Source of the DNA: Ginglymostoma cirratum
Lineage: Eukaryota
Direction of reading: 5' to 3'
DNA: 64,000 bases
Assembly: GCA_024137785.1 (NCBI GenBank)
Contig: JAHRHZ010000070.1
Coordinates: 12,964,570-13,028,569, forward strand
Shown here: positions 11,600 through 25,077 of the stretch, in pieces
Layout of the letters: every line of letters begins with the position of its first letter
How positions within the stretch are numbered: position 1 is the stretch's first letter
Translations under genes and position numbers: made by a program
The notes under the pieces: generated by a model
What the model saw: the letters and a program-made list of their open reading frames with translations, nothing else
Told to the model about the DNA's origin: nothing
The model's database searches: none

Positions 11600-13900
11600 A
11601 AGTCTTCTTTTTCTGGCATCACACTGCAGTGACTTCACTATTGACCATTGCAATCATTGTCATCACTAATTATCTGATGAGAGTGAAAACTGCTTCTTGT
11701 TCTGTGCTCCATACCACTGAATATCCTTTGCAGCCAGCTTGCATAAAGATTTATATGCAGATAGCAAATTTATCAAGAATTTGGCCAAATAGTTCACAAG
11801 TCATCAATCCCCCTTCTCATTTATTGTTGCTGTATTTTTGCTCCAGACATGCCTTAGAAGGATCAGGATAAACCGCTGTTAGCCACAGTCATTGACCTAC
11901 GTATTTGACATCAATCGACTTCAGTTCCAGTTCTTTGTTGTTCTGCCTCAGCTCCATATGACAAGCTCTCTTTGGCAGTCTCATCAGATTCTGACCACGA
12001 TCTGTGATGGCTTCTCCCATTGTATTTCAATATCCATAGACCTGCAGTTTATCCCACACAGCTTCCAATCCTGGAAAATCATTGACTATCTCATGCTGTC
12101 TGCATTGATTTTCTTCTGGAGTGGCAGAAATGCCAAATGGCAGTTGTAACTACCAGTGTGTGCAAACCCTTATTCTGAGATTACGCTCTCTGGTCACAGC
12201 CTCTCTGACAAAGAGAGGCAACTTCCCAGCATTTACACTGTGAAGCCCCTTAAGAATCTTACATGTTTCATTAAGCTTTTTGCTCAATCTTCTGAAACCT
12301 GAGGAGTACGGGCCCAACCTACTGAACGTTTCCTCATAAGGAATATGTTACACTGTTGCTGAATCAGTCTGTTTTTTATGGTTACTCCCATATTTTCAAG
12401 ATTCTCCTTCTTATCTTTCAGGCTGGACTTGAGGGCAGCTGGAATTCTCCTTAGATGGTCCAGAGTTGCTTTCACACTTTCATTTACCTCAAGATGAAGC
12501 AGGTGGCACGGTGGCTCAATGGGTAGCACTGCTGACTCAAAGCACCAGGGACCTGGGTTCAATTCCACCCTCGGGCGACTGTCTGTGTGGAGTTTGCACA
12601 TTCTCCCCGCGTCTGTGCGGTTTTACTCCGGGTGCTCAGATTTCCTCCCATAGTCCAAAGATATGTAGGTTAGGTGGATTGGCCATGCTAAATTGTCCCA
12701 TAGTGTGCAGGCTAAGTGGGTAAGCCATGGGGAATGCAGGGTTACAGGGATGGGGTGGATCTAGGTGGGATGCCCTTCAGAGGGTTGGTGTGGACTCCAT
12801 GGGCCGAATGGCCTGCTTCTACACTTTAGGGTTTCTATGACGTTGACCTGGAAGACACTCAAGACCTGCGAGAACAAGTTTTTAATTTGTCAATACCTTG
12901 ACACCATGAAAAATACTGGAAATTTCCTTCCAATTATGTAGTGTTAGGAGTCCAAGCAGTTGACTTGTTTTATCTAGATGAGTGGATTTTGCTGAGGATC
13001 CATTATCTGGAAGTGCAGATCTTCTTTCTTCCAATTGCATTAGACTTTCAGCTCAGTTTGTCCTCTTGGGGTAAATATTGTTTCTTCGGATGGCCTCAAC
13101 TTTTACCTTCACAATTTCATTGTCTTGAGCAACTTTACATGCCCGTGAAATGCATGATATTTCATGTAACACTAATGTTTATCAGACATTTCACATTAAT
13201 TTGATATTTTCCTGCAGTCACAAACCATTTTTTTTAAACTTTGAGACTTGTTGGCACCTACGTGTTCTAGTGTGCAGAGTGATTTGTCAGAATCAACATC
13301 TGATGTCTCACCTGCAACTGTACTAATATGCTCCTCTTCTTTGTGGTGAAACACTTGTATGCAAAATGATTTCACTTCTTGCTGTTAGAAAACTGTTCTT
13401 TCTCATGCTGGACATATTTCCTTCTGTAATATTTATATCCACTACTCTGGCCTTGATCTTTCTGCTGGTCCTTTTGATAAATAGCTCTTCTTTTTCTCCA
13501 CTGTCTTGCACTTTGAAAGCCTGAACCGCCTCACAGCATAGTGCAAAGCTTTGTCAGTTCTCCCATCAGTGCTCTTCAGCTGATGATTAACCACTTAAGA
13601 GTTTCTGTACTTGCCAATAGTTTTCTTGATAGCAAGTTTATTTTCCCTCAGCAGTTGAGCAGACACACAGGAATTTCTTACTCTTAGGACAATGGATGAG
13701 ATTATCTCACTCAGCTTCAAAATCCAGTCACACACCTCACCATAGCTCCATACGGATCAATATTTTCTGGAGCTGAACATGACCTTTAATAAATAACATT
13801 AAGAGCGGGTTCAAAGGGGGTCTTCAAGGCCTCCAACATTTTACATGACTGGCTTTTCTGCAAATGAGCTCTAGGATGGCACTCCTTGCCCAGCACCAAG
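11600..13900 (-). mobile_element. Possible very old LTR-retrotransposon pol remnant (RT, RNase H, integrase order)
   Basis: Weak motif echoes on the minus strand: CEAVQAFK and IILHTSVS..GAY (like RNase H ILHTDAS..GAV), and EAITDRGQNL (like integrase SDxG). Many stops. Confidence 0.3.
12502..12840 (+). mobile_element. HE1-type V-SINE (tRNA-derived, elasmobranch)
   Basis: A/B boxes ggtggctcaatgg..gggttcaattcc; V domain tgtggagtttgcacattctccccg..ttggccatgctaaattg; CR1 tail gggccgaatggcctg. Confidence 0.92.
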
Positions 13901-14901
13901 AACAGAGTTGTTACTCTTCATTTTTTCTGATTCCTTAACTCTGTGGCAATTTGATAGACTGGATCCAGTACTGGACTACTGCCTCACCAAGGAGCCAATG
14001 ACCTGTAGAATTAATTCTAACTGTTTTCTGCAATTTACCTCTTTTAAGGTAATGAATATTTACTTAATGGAAGCTGCACACTCCTGATACTTCATGTAGT
14101 GGATAATTTTTTTTTACCAAAGAAAATCTCAAATGACACATAACTGTAAGTCAGAGTACAGGAAAGGTTGCAGTGCACAGAGGCATTTCTCTAAACAGGT
14201 AATTCCAGGCTTTCACTGTTTCAAGCGAAGAAATGCTTTTGGAAAGCCAGAAAGGAAATAAGAGGTCCAGTAGTGTTTGTCTTGCTACCTGTTGTGCTAA
14301 TGCTTTTCAAACCTAGACTTTATTCTCAGGATAAATAAAATTCAGGTGAAAGAGAAACAAACATTCTGAGCTTTCGAAATGTGAAGAAATACAGTACATA
14401 AAAGGACTTTTGGGATAGTTACCATTGTTTTGGCCTAGAATGATCAGGATTGATTTCTCGGCATTTGAAAATTTGTTAAATTAAGTGTATAACATCGAAT
14501 TGTGTTGGAGTCCCCTTGGATGCCATTGTCTGTGTTCATGGCATCTGTCACAGCATTTTGTTGTAAACAAGTCAAATTTGATTTAATCCAATTCTTCTAT
14601 AAGACAGCAACAAATAAATACCACAGATAAAACTCTCATCTTATGTACTCCCTGTCTACAGTGAATGACATTCTGCCAGCATTGCAATTTACGCCATTTC
14701 TCCTTAAAACTTGGCATTGCTCAACTCAAATCCAACTGAATTAATTCTTTCAGTGCACTCTGACAGCAAGGGCCTTACAGATGATTTACGTCATTGAGGT
14801 AGTAATGACACAAACCTAAGATTTTATCAAGAGCAAAATAATTTAGGTCAAAGGGACACAAACATCATCATCAAGACGTTGAGAGAAGCATTTGGGACTT
14901 A

Positions 14902-15048
<147 letters not shown>

Positions 15049-15867
15049 TTATATCTGCATGTCTTAGTTTTCAGAGGCTATTCTTGAGCAATACCACTGT
15101 CACCACCTCCCAACCATTTCCTCAATTCAAAATGTAATTTGGAAAAATGAATTGCAGCAAATGAGATACACAGACATTTGCTTTATAAACTGGATATTAA
15201 TAAGTAAACAAAAAGTTTATGTGACAAAGCAGATTCAACAAAGTTCAATCATCTACAAGTAACACGTGTGGGAATGTCTGTGCCAGTAGTGTAATGTTAC
15301 AATTCTGCCAGATGTGGAGAGACTAATCACATGCGCTATTGAGCAGCATCACCATGAGAGATGTTTCCCTTATTACTTTGCTAACCACAAAATACACAAC
15401 CACTTCTAACAGCCACCATTCCTAGCTTCAAGCAAATAACTCACTTCAAGCAACACAGATTGTAAATGCATTTACATTGCACATCACAAACTGTGACGCT
15501 GTGCAAGTCAAGTGTTACTTCAAAGCATCCTGGAGAGTTGGCTTCAAATTATTTTCATTTTGCAGCATGTGCAATGATTTTCAGAAAAAGTCTGACAACT
15601 TTGGCCAAGAGTTTGGTCACAGTCTGAGGGCAAACTGCTCAAAACAGTGTTGATTTAGCAAATAAATTTGATTTTGCTCAATTTCTGCTCAAGTTCATTT
15701 GCATAGGGTCAAACCAAAAATCTTTAGGGATAGGTAATATTTCAGGATGCATTTGCAATTTAGCATATATTTCAATATATTTAAAAATTATGTCCTGATG
15801 CAGTTTTATTCATCCAGTGCAGAAAGTATACTTATCATTAAAAATAACCAGTGTGCCTGGTTCACTC

Positions 15868-16065
15868 AGAGGTAGTAGGAACTGCCGATGCTGGAGTCTG
15901 AGATAACAAGGTGTAAAGCTAGATGAACACAGCAGGCCAGGCAGCATCAGAGGAGCAGGAAAGCTGATGTTTCGGGTCCGGACCCTTGTGAAGAAACGTC
16001 AGCTTTTTTACTCCTCTGATGCTGCCTGGCCTGCTGTGTTCATCCAGCTCCACACCTTGTTACCT
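15868..16065. mobile_element. Fold-back Penelope terminal-repeat mini-insertion
   Basis: Two inverted arms meet at the hammerhead region. Imperfect 20-bp direct flanks ccagtgtgcctggttcactc / ctagtgtgtctagttcactc. Confidence 0.85.
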
Positions 16066-18346
16066 AGTGTGTCTAGTTCACTCTCTGTTAGCGACCAGAT
16101 TGTAAACAGCTTTAAAAAATATACATAACCATTTACTAGTTAGGTTGGTATAGTCTGTTCCTCGGTAAATAACAAAAAAGACTCTTACAAGATGCCTATC
16201 GCAGCCCCATGCCTAAGAAAAATTTAAACTTCAGAGCATGCTTGAGGCACTGCAGTTAGCGGAAATTCATCAGGGTCATTAACTCCAGGAATGGTTGGTT
16301 TGGTGGCAAATCAAACTCCTAGTTCACAAAAGCTGGCAGAAACCCAATTGGCACTGGACAAATTTGCTTTATGAATTTTTTTTATTCCTTGCACAAATTT
16401 TGGGAGAAATGCACTGGAAATACAAGTGCAAGCCAGCAGCAAACACCAGGTATTTATCATTAACAATTACCAATGTTGGTGAAGAGCAATCTTCTAAATT
16501 GGCTGTTTGCGGCCATTTGTGCTGAGCTGAAATCCAGGTGATTGCTTACTCACCACAGCGAGCGACTAAAGTAAAAATGACAATGCACTTTTGAGGTTTC
16601 ACTGTTCGAAGTAGGCACCAGATTCCAAGAACATGCATTCAACCTATTGAACCTCTCTAAAAGTATGAATAAACCTTCATCATATCTCATCTGCTGAAGC
16701 ATTTCAAGATATTTTCTGAGGTAATCCTCGCTGAAATACTCCCTTCAAGGTTTCTTATATATATTACACAAATCTATAGCTTGGAAGAAATCATTTCAGA
16801 GAATTAAAGAATGTGTTGCCATCTGAGTCTGTCAAGAGTAAACTAGAAAGAGCCAATCTTCTTTTTTCTTCTATTTATTCTACAAAATATTTTGGTTCTA
16901 GTACCAGCCATTGATGAACATCAGCAGCAAGCAACATGAGAAAAGGAGATACTACCCATGACACTGAAAGAGCTGAATTAACTCACAGTCAGAATGACAT
17001 GATTGCTAAAGTACTCTGGGTTAATAACTGTATATCCATTAATGTCAATTCAGAATGCTCCCTTGACTGAAACCTTTGTGATATTCTTTTTCTATGGGAT
17101 TGAATGATGATTTGATGGTGGTGAAATTAAAAACACTAATCTGCTGTGGATTGGCACTTAAAGGATCAATTCACAAAGAATATTTTAAAGCACATTTACA
17201 TTCTAATAGTCTTCTTTACAGACTAGAGAAAGTATCAAATAATTGGCACACTGAACCCCTGTATTTAGTAAATCATGTAAACTCCAAAATATTCATTTTT
17301 GTTCAAAATAGTCTTATTCTTAGTTCTTCCAGGTTCACCATTTTCACAGAAAGGACACAAGAAAATCAATATCTCATATCACTTTTGCACATTGTGACTT
17401 CGCATTTATGTTACATGTTTCACTCTCCAATCTGCTCTCATAATCCTGCCATAAGATTGAACAGTCTTATGAACTTTGCGTAAATGATTTATAAGTCATA
17501 GTCAATAGAAACATTACTTTTGTCTCCGTTCCATTCTTACTTCAGCTACTCCTCCTAGAAAGGGTGGACAGGTGCCATCTCTACTACTGGTCAAGGAAAG
17601 AACTTCTGTCCAAGACAAGACTGGTCCTTTCTTGACAACCCACACCTCTTCCTCTGGAACTGAATGATGTGTTCCATGTCACTGTTCCATTCAGATGCTT
17701 AACTACCGGGCTTCAAGCACAGGAACTGCATTTTGGGGAGTCAGATTCTCAACCACTTAACAATCCATGTATTGTCATACAGTTTGGCACTGCCACAGAT
17801 CTGAGTTGATCCAGTTTTAGCAAAGAGTATATGCGACACCTTCAGCCAAAACTACCACTCAAAAAGATCATGGATAATTTTCTACATTAAAACAATTTCC
17901 TAATCTATTCCATATCTTTTGATTGCCCAAATTTATATTGATCTCAATGAGCATCCAACACTCTGTGTTAAAGAATTCCAAAATTTCATAATGCTCAGTG
18001 AAGAAATTTCTTCTCATTCCAATCCCAAACGTTGATTTCTTAACCTTAAATTCTGAGTTCTGACGCTAGACATGCCAGCATCTACCCTGTCATGTGCACT
18101 AGGAATTTTATATATTTCAGGATATCTATTTCTCATTTTGCTCCTGCAAATTTTGACCAATCGACCATAAATCAATGTAGTGAATTTTTGTGCACCCTCT
18201 TTAAAGAATATCCTTCCTTGGATAGGGAAATCTAAATCGTACATAGTCCCCTAAAGGTCTGACCACACTGGAACTTCATATAGTGCTGTTTTAAGGAAAT
18301 TGTATTGAATTGAAAGACTATGAGATAGAAATGGTTTTGTATTTTA

Positions 18347-18696
18347 GTGACTGCATGGTGGCTAGCACTGCTGCCTCACAGTGCCAGGGACCGAGGTTCG
18401 ATTTCACCGTGGGCGACTGTCTGTGTGAAGTTTACATGTTCTCCCCGTGTCTATTTCCTCTGGTTTCCTCCTGGTGCTCCAGTTTCCTCCCGCAAACCAA
18501 AGATGTGCAGGTTAGGTGGATTGGCCATGCTAAATCGCCCATAGTGTTCAGGGATGTACAGGCTAGGTAGACTAGCCTTGGGAAATGCAGGGTTATGGGG
18601 ACGGAGTAGGTGGGTTGGTCTGCTCTTTGGAGGGTCAGTGTGTACTTGATGGGCCGAATGGACTGTTTCCACACTGTAGGGATTCTATGATTCTAA
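18347..18696 (+). mobile_element. HE1-type V-SINE
   Basis: Same head, V domain and tail as 12502-12840; ends gattctatgattcta. Confidence 0.92.
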
Positions 18697-19148
18697 TTGC
18701 CCCTGAGAAGTAGTGAGCCACCCTCTTGACCACTGCAGTTCATGTAGTGGAGATACTTCCATTGTGCTGGTAGGGATAGGATTCCAAGAATTTGGTTCCA
18801 GGAATCAGGTCTCGGTCCAGGTCCATTTTGCTGCTTTCGGACATGGGCTGATTCAGTATCTGAGGAATTGTGAATGGAGCTGAACATTGTTCAAGCGTCA
18901 GCTAGCATCCTCACGTCTGACCATATGATGGAGGGAAGGTGATTGATGAAGCACTTGAAGGTGATCAGGCTAAGGACACTTCCTTGAGGAACTCCTGCAG
19001 AGATACCATGGGGCTGAGATGACTGACCTTAAACAACCACAACCATTTTTGTTTGTGCTAGGTATGATTCCAACCTGTGGAGAGTTTGCCTCAAATTCCA
19101 TTGGCTCTAGATTTGCTAGGGTGCACTGTTGTTTTGATGCCACGCTTG
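18697..19148 (-). mobile_element. Rearranged fragments of the same CR1-group family
   Basis: Reverse-complement matches to the tail (ttgcccctgagaagtagtgagcca) and to the RT region (tcagtatctgaggaattgtgaatgg..tgatggagggaagg..actcctgcagagat). Confidence 0.75.
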
Positions 19149-19545
19149 ATCAAATATTACAATATTTAAAAGACATTTGAATAAATATATGAATAGTAAA
19201 GGTTTGCAGGGATATGGCAGATTGGACTACTTTAGTTTGGAATTACGTTCAGTGCGGACTGGTTGGACTGAAGGATCTGTTTCCGTGCTGTATAACTATG
19301 TTCTTGATGTCAAGAACAGTAACTTTCACCTCACCTCAATTTCAGCTTGTGGTGACATGGATTGTGTACTTCACCAGAAAAATTCTCTTAATTATTGAAC
19401 TATAAATGTTTGCTGTTGGGATATGAAGAAAATTCATCATTCAGAGGGCTATGTTCTTCAAGTGGGGTGCATTGCTAAATGATTTGATTCGTTGGTGTAG
19501 CTTCACTATTGTACTTAGTTTTGAAAATACAACATATCAGATACA

Positions 19546-19704
19546 AGATAACAAGCATGGGGCTGGATGAACACAGCAGGTCAAGCAGCATCATAGGAGC
19601 AGGAAAACTTGACGTTTCGGGCCTAAATCCTTCATCAGAAAATTCATCCAGCCCCATGCTTGTTATCTCGGATTCTCCAGCATCTGCAGTACCTTTTATC
19701 TCTG
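19546..19704. mobile_element. Inverted (two-orientation) Penelope terminal-repeat mini-insertion
   Basis: Minus-strand unit with hammerhead core (19608-19641) followed by a plus-strand 3' end. Flanks tatcagatacaa / tatcaaatacaa resemble a TSD. Same subfamily as the 54.5-kb element. Confidence 0.85.
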
Positions 19705-20019
19705 TATCAAATACAAACTGGCTGACATTCACTGAAAATGAGCATTTTCTATTTACAATGCATTATATCAGGTACTAACATAATAACCTTTTCATATTCT
19801 TCATGGGTGAAGCATTAAAATACATTTTTTGCTAACTTTCCCTCTTCTCTTTTGGCCCTTTTGGATATGACTCCATGACTATCAGCTACCCTTTCATACA
19901 TTCTTTAACTGTGGGCTCAGTCACTGAGCAGTTCATTCAGCAGAAGGACATTGGAGACGATTGTTTCCTGTCCTCACCAACATCCAGTTCTAGCACGGGC
20001 TGTGAAATAGGAATGAGAT

Positions 20020-20385
20020 CATAAGATCACATAATACAGAAGAGGCCTTTTGGCCCATTGTATCTGTACCGCCAAAACAAAGCTAAATCTACACTAGCGC
20101 CACTTTCCAGCACTTGGCCCATAGCCTTGAGTGTTACTACATTTCAAAGTACATTTCAAAGACATCTCAGTACTTTTTAAAAGTTGTGAGGTTTCCTGCC
20201 TCAACTAGCCTCCTAGGCAGTGCATCCTCGCCACACTGGGTGAAAAACATTTTCCTCAACTCGCCTTGAAACCTTCTCCATTTCACTTTAAAAGTGTGTC
20301 CCTTTGTTATTAGTCCTTCAACTAAGGAATAGCTGATTTTTGCCCATTTTGTGCATGTCCCTTATAATCGTATACACCTCTACAT
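20020..20385 (-). mobile_element. CR1 3' end remnant; others at about 12130-12345, 17870-18290, 19160-19305, 22880-23037, 35545-35720, 35790-36045 and 56740-56990
   Basis: Typical CR1 tail (acagaagaggccttttggcccattg..cctcaactagcctcctaggcagtgcat..ctgggtgaaaaa). Confidence 0.65.
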
Positions 20386-21145
20386 ACAGATCTAGAAATC
20401 CTGAATGACTGATTAATCTTAATCCAGGGGCTTCCAGACTGTACTGCCCTTTACAGTAGCCGGTTTCATCTAACTCAGTATGTGTTCAGGGTCAAATTAA
20501 CTGTAACTTCACAAATTAGCCCCACAACAGATGGTAACAAATGAGCCACCAAGGGTGTATTTCTAGGATCTTGATAAAAGTTATTAACTGCAAGTTTTAA
20601 TTCTCTTTGTGCTATGTGTGACTCCATTCTCTGACCAAGAGAATGGTGAGCCACATGCTGTCAGATCTCCCTCAGCCTTTGATCACTTCTTGTGGCATTT
20701 ATGGCAATGGCACAGTGAGATCAGTTTGTTAGTTTTCTCTCTCTCACTGGGAGAACTGCCTGGCCATGGCTCTGCTTGTCCCTTCCCAGAGAAAGGGCTG
20801 CATTACTAAGCTCCATGACACAGCATATTTAAGCACCGACGGCTCAATACAGTAAGCAATGTATTACTAATCCTTTCACAACAAATTCCAAATTACTTAT
20901 TACAATGTGTTAAATTACACAGAATTTAGACAAACACAGGCCATTCAACCCAACAGGTCTGTGTTGGTGCCTATGGTTCCACCCAAACTTCCTATTTCAT
21001 GTAACCTCATCAGTTCTCTAATCCTGTTTCCCTCATGTCGTGATCCAGCTTATGCTTAAATATACATAAATTGCCTCTGCTGAGTAATAGTACTAGATAC
21101 CTTTCATTGGAACAGAGTGGCATACTGAGCAAAATAACAGATTCA

Positions 21146-21346
<201 letters not shown>

Positions 21347-24300
21347 CTATGGAGATAAAACAAACTCTTTAAGCGAACGCTATTAAAGTCATCACCAAAG
21401 AAATTCAAATTACGCTTTCGAAGGACTTTGTGCAGTTAAAACTAACGTGCTGTCACTTCACATATTTTATCTGGGAAGTGAAAAGACAGCAGACTCCAAT
21501 TACTCTGTTTTAGTTGTATGTCCCATTAGGTCCTTTCACTATATATCTTTTCTTCCACACACAAATTCAGGTCAGTTTTCTTCTAGACAGAAATTGTAAT
21601 GATTAATTCCCTCTATAATTGCTGTTAGTGGCAATGCAAAGTCTCCCTCTCTCAGTGTTAACTTCACAACCAATATGAGGCTGAGAAAGATACAAAAGTA
21701 GAAGACTCTGGACAGGTTTACAGCCTGTACGAGCTAGAGTGCCTTTTTTCCTCATCACTGATTCAGCTGGGAACAGCCTTTATGCTGAGAATGTCGCTGC
21801 ACATTACCACATGTATACTCTTGCAGTCCTCTCCTGCTATCACATCTTGCAGCTTTACAACATGAGCTGACAGAAATCAGACTTAAGGATGTATCAATTA
21901 AACATTTTGATTATTTTTTAAATAAATGGATGATGAGGGTAAAGTCCCAGGTGGGCTTGTTTAAAACACTCAAGTGCACTGGCAAGCACAATTTATTAGG
22001 TGCACAGCTACTTCAAGATGACAGCCTGCCAGCATCTATAACCATTCCGTCCTGTCAGGTAAACAATCAGTCTTAGAAATATTTACTTAATGTCAATATA
22101 ATAAATTTAAGCTTCATTAGAGATGATTGTTTTAGTAAAGGAGGCACTGTCCCTTTTATAAGCCTCCACAGGCTATATTTAATACTGTATAACATCCTCA
22201 TTACAAAATGCTCTGGCTTTCTCACAAAGTTGAATGGATTTCCAAAACCATACAAGGACACGGGATATAGTTCCATGGGCATCAACAACCCTCAGTTGTT
22301 TTGTTCGAGTGGAACCTTTTTAAATATTTGTTTAAAGACAACCTTAGTGAGGTATTTCTCCCACTGGTAGCCTCTTAGCTTGGGCCAATTTCATCTTAAC
22401 CATAGATCTGAAGATATACACTTCCCCACAAGAACTGACCATACCAGAGTCGGTATACTGGGTGAAAGATTCCCAGAATTCCCTTCCTTATTTGGAGGCA
22501 CACAAGGCATAAACAGCAGAGTCTGAACAATTGCCCTGATTCATTAGGTAACAGACTTTACAATTAAAATGCAGTCCTTTAAAATCTGCTGGCTTATTTG
22601 ATCTTTCATAACTCTAATTATTCTGCCACTAAATTAAAGATGTGCCATGTGAAAGTACGAGGCCCAACTGCTGCCAAATAAAAAGGTCAGCATATAATTA
22701 CTATACAGGGTAAGAAGGTGACAAATGCAATGAAGCAACCCAAGATCAAATGACTTTCTTTTTGTCTTTAAGCAAAAGTTGTTTTGTACATGTGGGATGA
22801 AAGTGTGATGTTTGGTGAGCAAGCATGTACATGCATGTTGACCATATTAACATTTATTGCAAAGATGAGGGGTATTGAGTACATTTAAGACTGAGATAGA
22901 TATGTTCTTGATTATCAAGGGTTAAGGGGAGAAAGCAGGAGAATGGGGTTGAGGAACTTATCAGCCATGATTGAATGGCGGAGCAGACTCAATGGGCTGA
23001 ATGGTCCAATTTCTGCTCCTACATCTTATGGTCTTACATAGGCGCTCTAGCTCGTACAAGCTGTAAACCTGTCTTCTACTTCTGTATCTTTCCTGTGAAG
23101 TTAACACAGAGAGGGGGAGAATTTGCATCGGTTTCTTACCAACTTTCCACCTGAGGTTGTGTCAGATACCAAAACCACATGAGCTCTGATATTAACTTGA
23201 GGCACAACTGTCATGGGTGGTATGCATGGGACACCATATGGCAGAAAAAAAACCCCAGCAGACAGTTCATTGCAGGTCAAGGTCATTTTAACTGTGGGGA
23301 TTCACTAGCGGAAAAATATTACAGACAGCAGATGCGAGTGGAAAACCAAGTGGAAGGTTTGCAACCACCTGGAGACCTAAGGAAACAACTCCTAGCACAA
23401 AACAAGTGTTAGGAGTTGAGGTGGGATGGGTTTTGGAGCCTCCAAAGCACGGTGGTTAATGAGATAGAGTAACTATTTTTGATGATGTGTCAGTATGTCA
23501 GCTTTCAGCAGTTAAAGAGAAGCTGCAGCATGAATGGAATCTTGAGGCCACTTTAAAATCTCAAGCTGGCCATCTGGTCAGCTGGGACAGCCCTTTCTGC
23601 TCAGCAAAGCTGGTGTTGAGCAGGAGTGCCTCAGGAATGCATTGCTCGTCCTCCACCTAGCTTAAAGCTTGACAGTGAAAGCTACTAACCCTGTGAACTG
23701 CCCGAAGTAGAAAAGCCCAAGTCTTGCATTATTAGAAAACTTTCTATTTTGGGATAATCAATATTCTACTGTATTAATTTTGAAGGTACCTCAGTTTTGC
23801 TCATTTTTGAAAAGGAAACCACAAGTGTAAAATCTGCTCTTTTTATTACAACAAGCAAATCACATCCTGTCAATCACAGTGTCGTCAAGTCTTTCAGCAC
23901 CAGTTTTTGACTCTGTGATTGATTCAGAAGTAGACTATCTAGCTTTGCAAGAGAAATGTCACCAAGTATGATAACACCGCCGTCTCTTGTAAGGAGAGAC
24001 AGGACCTGTAGAACATCCATCCCGGCTTCATTCACACACATCCTCAAAAACAAAATGCATTCAGGAAGTGGAGGAAGTTTGCTAAACCACATTTTTCAGA
24101 AAAGGTTTCCCAGAAACAACTGGAGATAATAATGGAAAGCAGAAATTACCAAACAAATAAAACCCAGTCTTTACTTATCCAGCAAAAGTGCACTTGCCGG
24201 TTAGCATCCATGCCCCCATATCCAGCTTCTATATTCACATACACTTTAGCTCTGATCATAGCCTGCTTCTATTCTTACTTGCGCCTTTGACGGGCAAGAA

Positions 24301-24716
24301 AGAGTTGAAAATCTTAACGACTTGAGAACCAACTATGAGAAGTGCCAACTTCTCCACCATCACTCAATATTAATGATGCTGATTCAGGCCCTGGCTGCCA
24401 ACACTACCAATACAAATGAGGACCACTTAAAGCTCAGGTGTCATTGTATAATGATACAAATTTAAGACCTGCAACAGAGTGGGAGCTCTGAAACATGGCA
24501 GGAGGACCAAATGTGCCAGAAAAGGTCAAGGTAAGTTATAAAACTGTGCCTGTCATTGAAATTCTTGCGGTCCCTGCAGAACCTTGAAAAGGCCCTTCCC
24601 AGTTCCAATCCCTGCACACCTCTGTTCATTGGATATTTCCCCATGATCAGACTGCCCTGATTACTGTATTACATAAAAAGAAAAAGAAACCATTCTCCCT
24701 CCTCAATGCCATTTGG

Positions 24717-25077
24717 GGTGGCAATATGACAGAGTGGTTAGCACTGCTGCCTCACTGTGCCAGGGACACCCCAGGTTCGATTCTAGCCTTAGGTGACTGC
24801 CTGTGTGGAGTTTGCATGCTCTCCACATATCTGCTTGGGATTCCTCTAGGTTCTCTGGTTTCCTCCTACAGTGCAAAGATGTGCAGGTTAGGTGGACTGT
24901 CCATGCTAAATTGCCCGTACTGTCCAGGGACGTGCAGGCTAGGTGGGTTAGCCATGGTAAAAACACTATGATGTGGAGGTGCTGGGTTTGGGTGGGATGT
25001 TGTCCAGAGGGTTGGTGCAGACTCGATGGGCCGAATAGCCTCCTTCTGCACTGTGGGGATTCTGTGATTCTATGATT
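24717..25077 (+). mobile_element. HE1-type V-SINE
   Basis: Same structure; ends gattctgtgattctatgatt. Confidence 0.92.

Noticed and set aside
12502-12575. tRNA genes at SINE heads (also 18347, 24717, 51056)
   Set aside because: A/B boxes continue into SINE bodies, with no intact cloverleaf.
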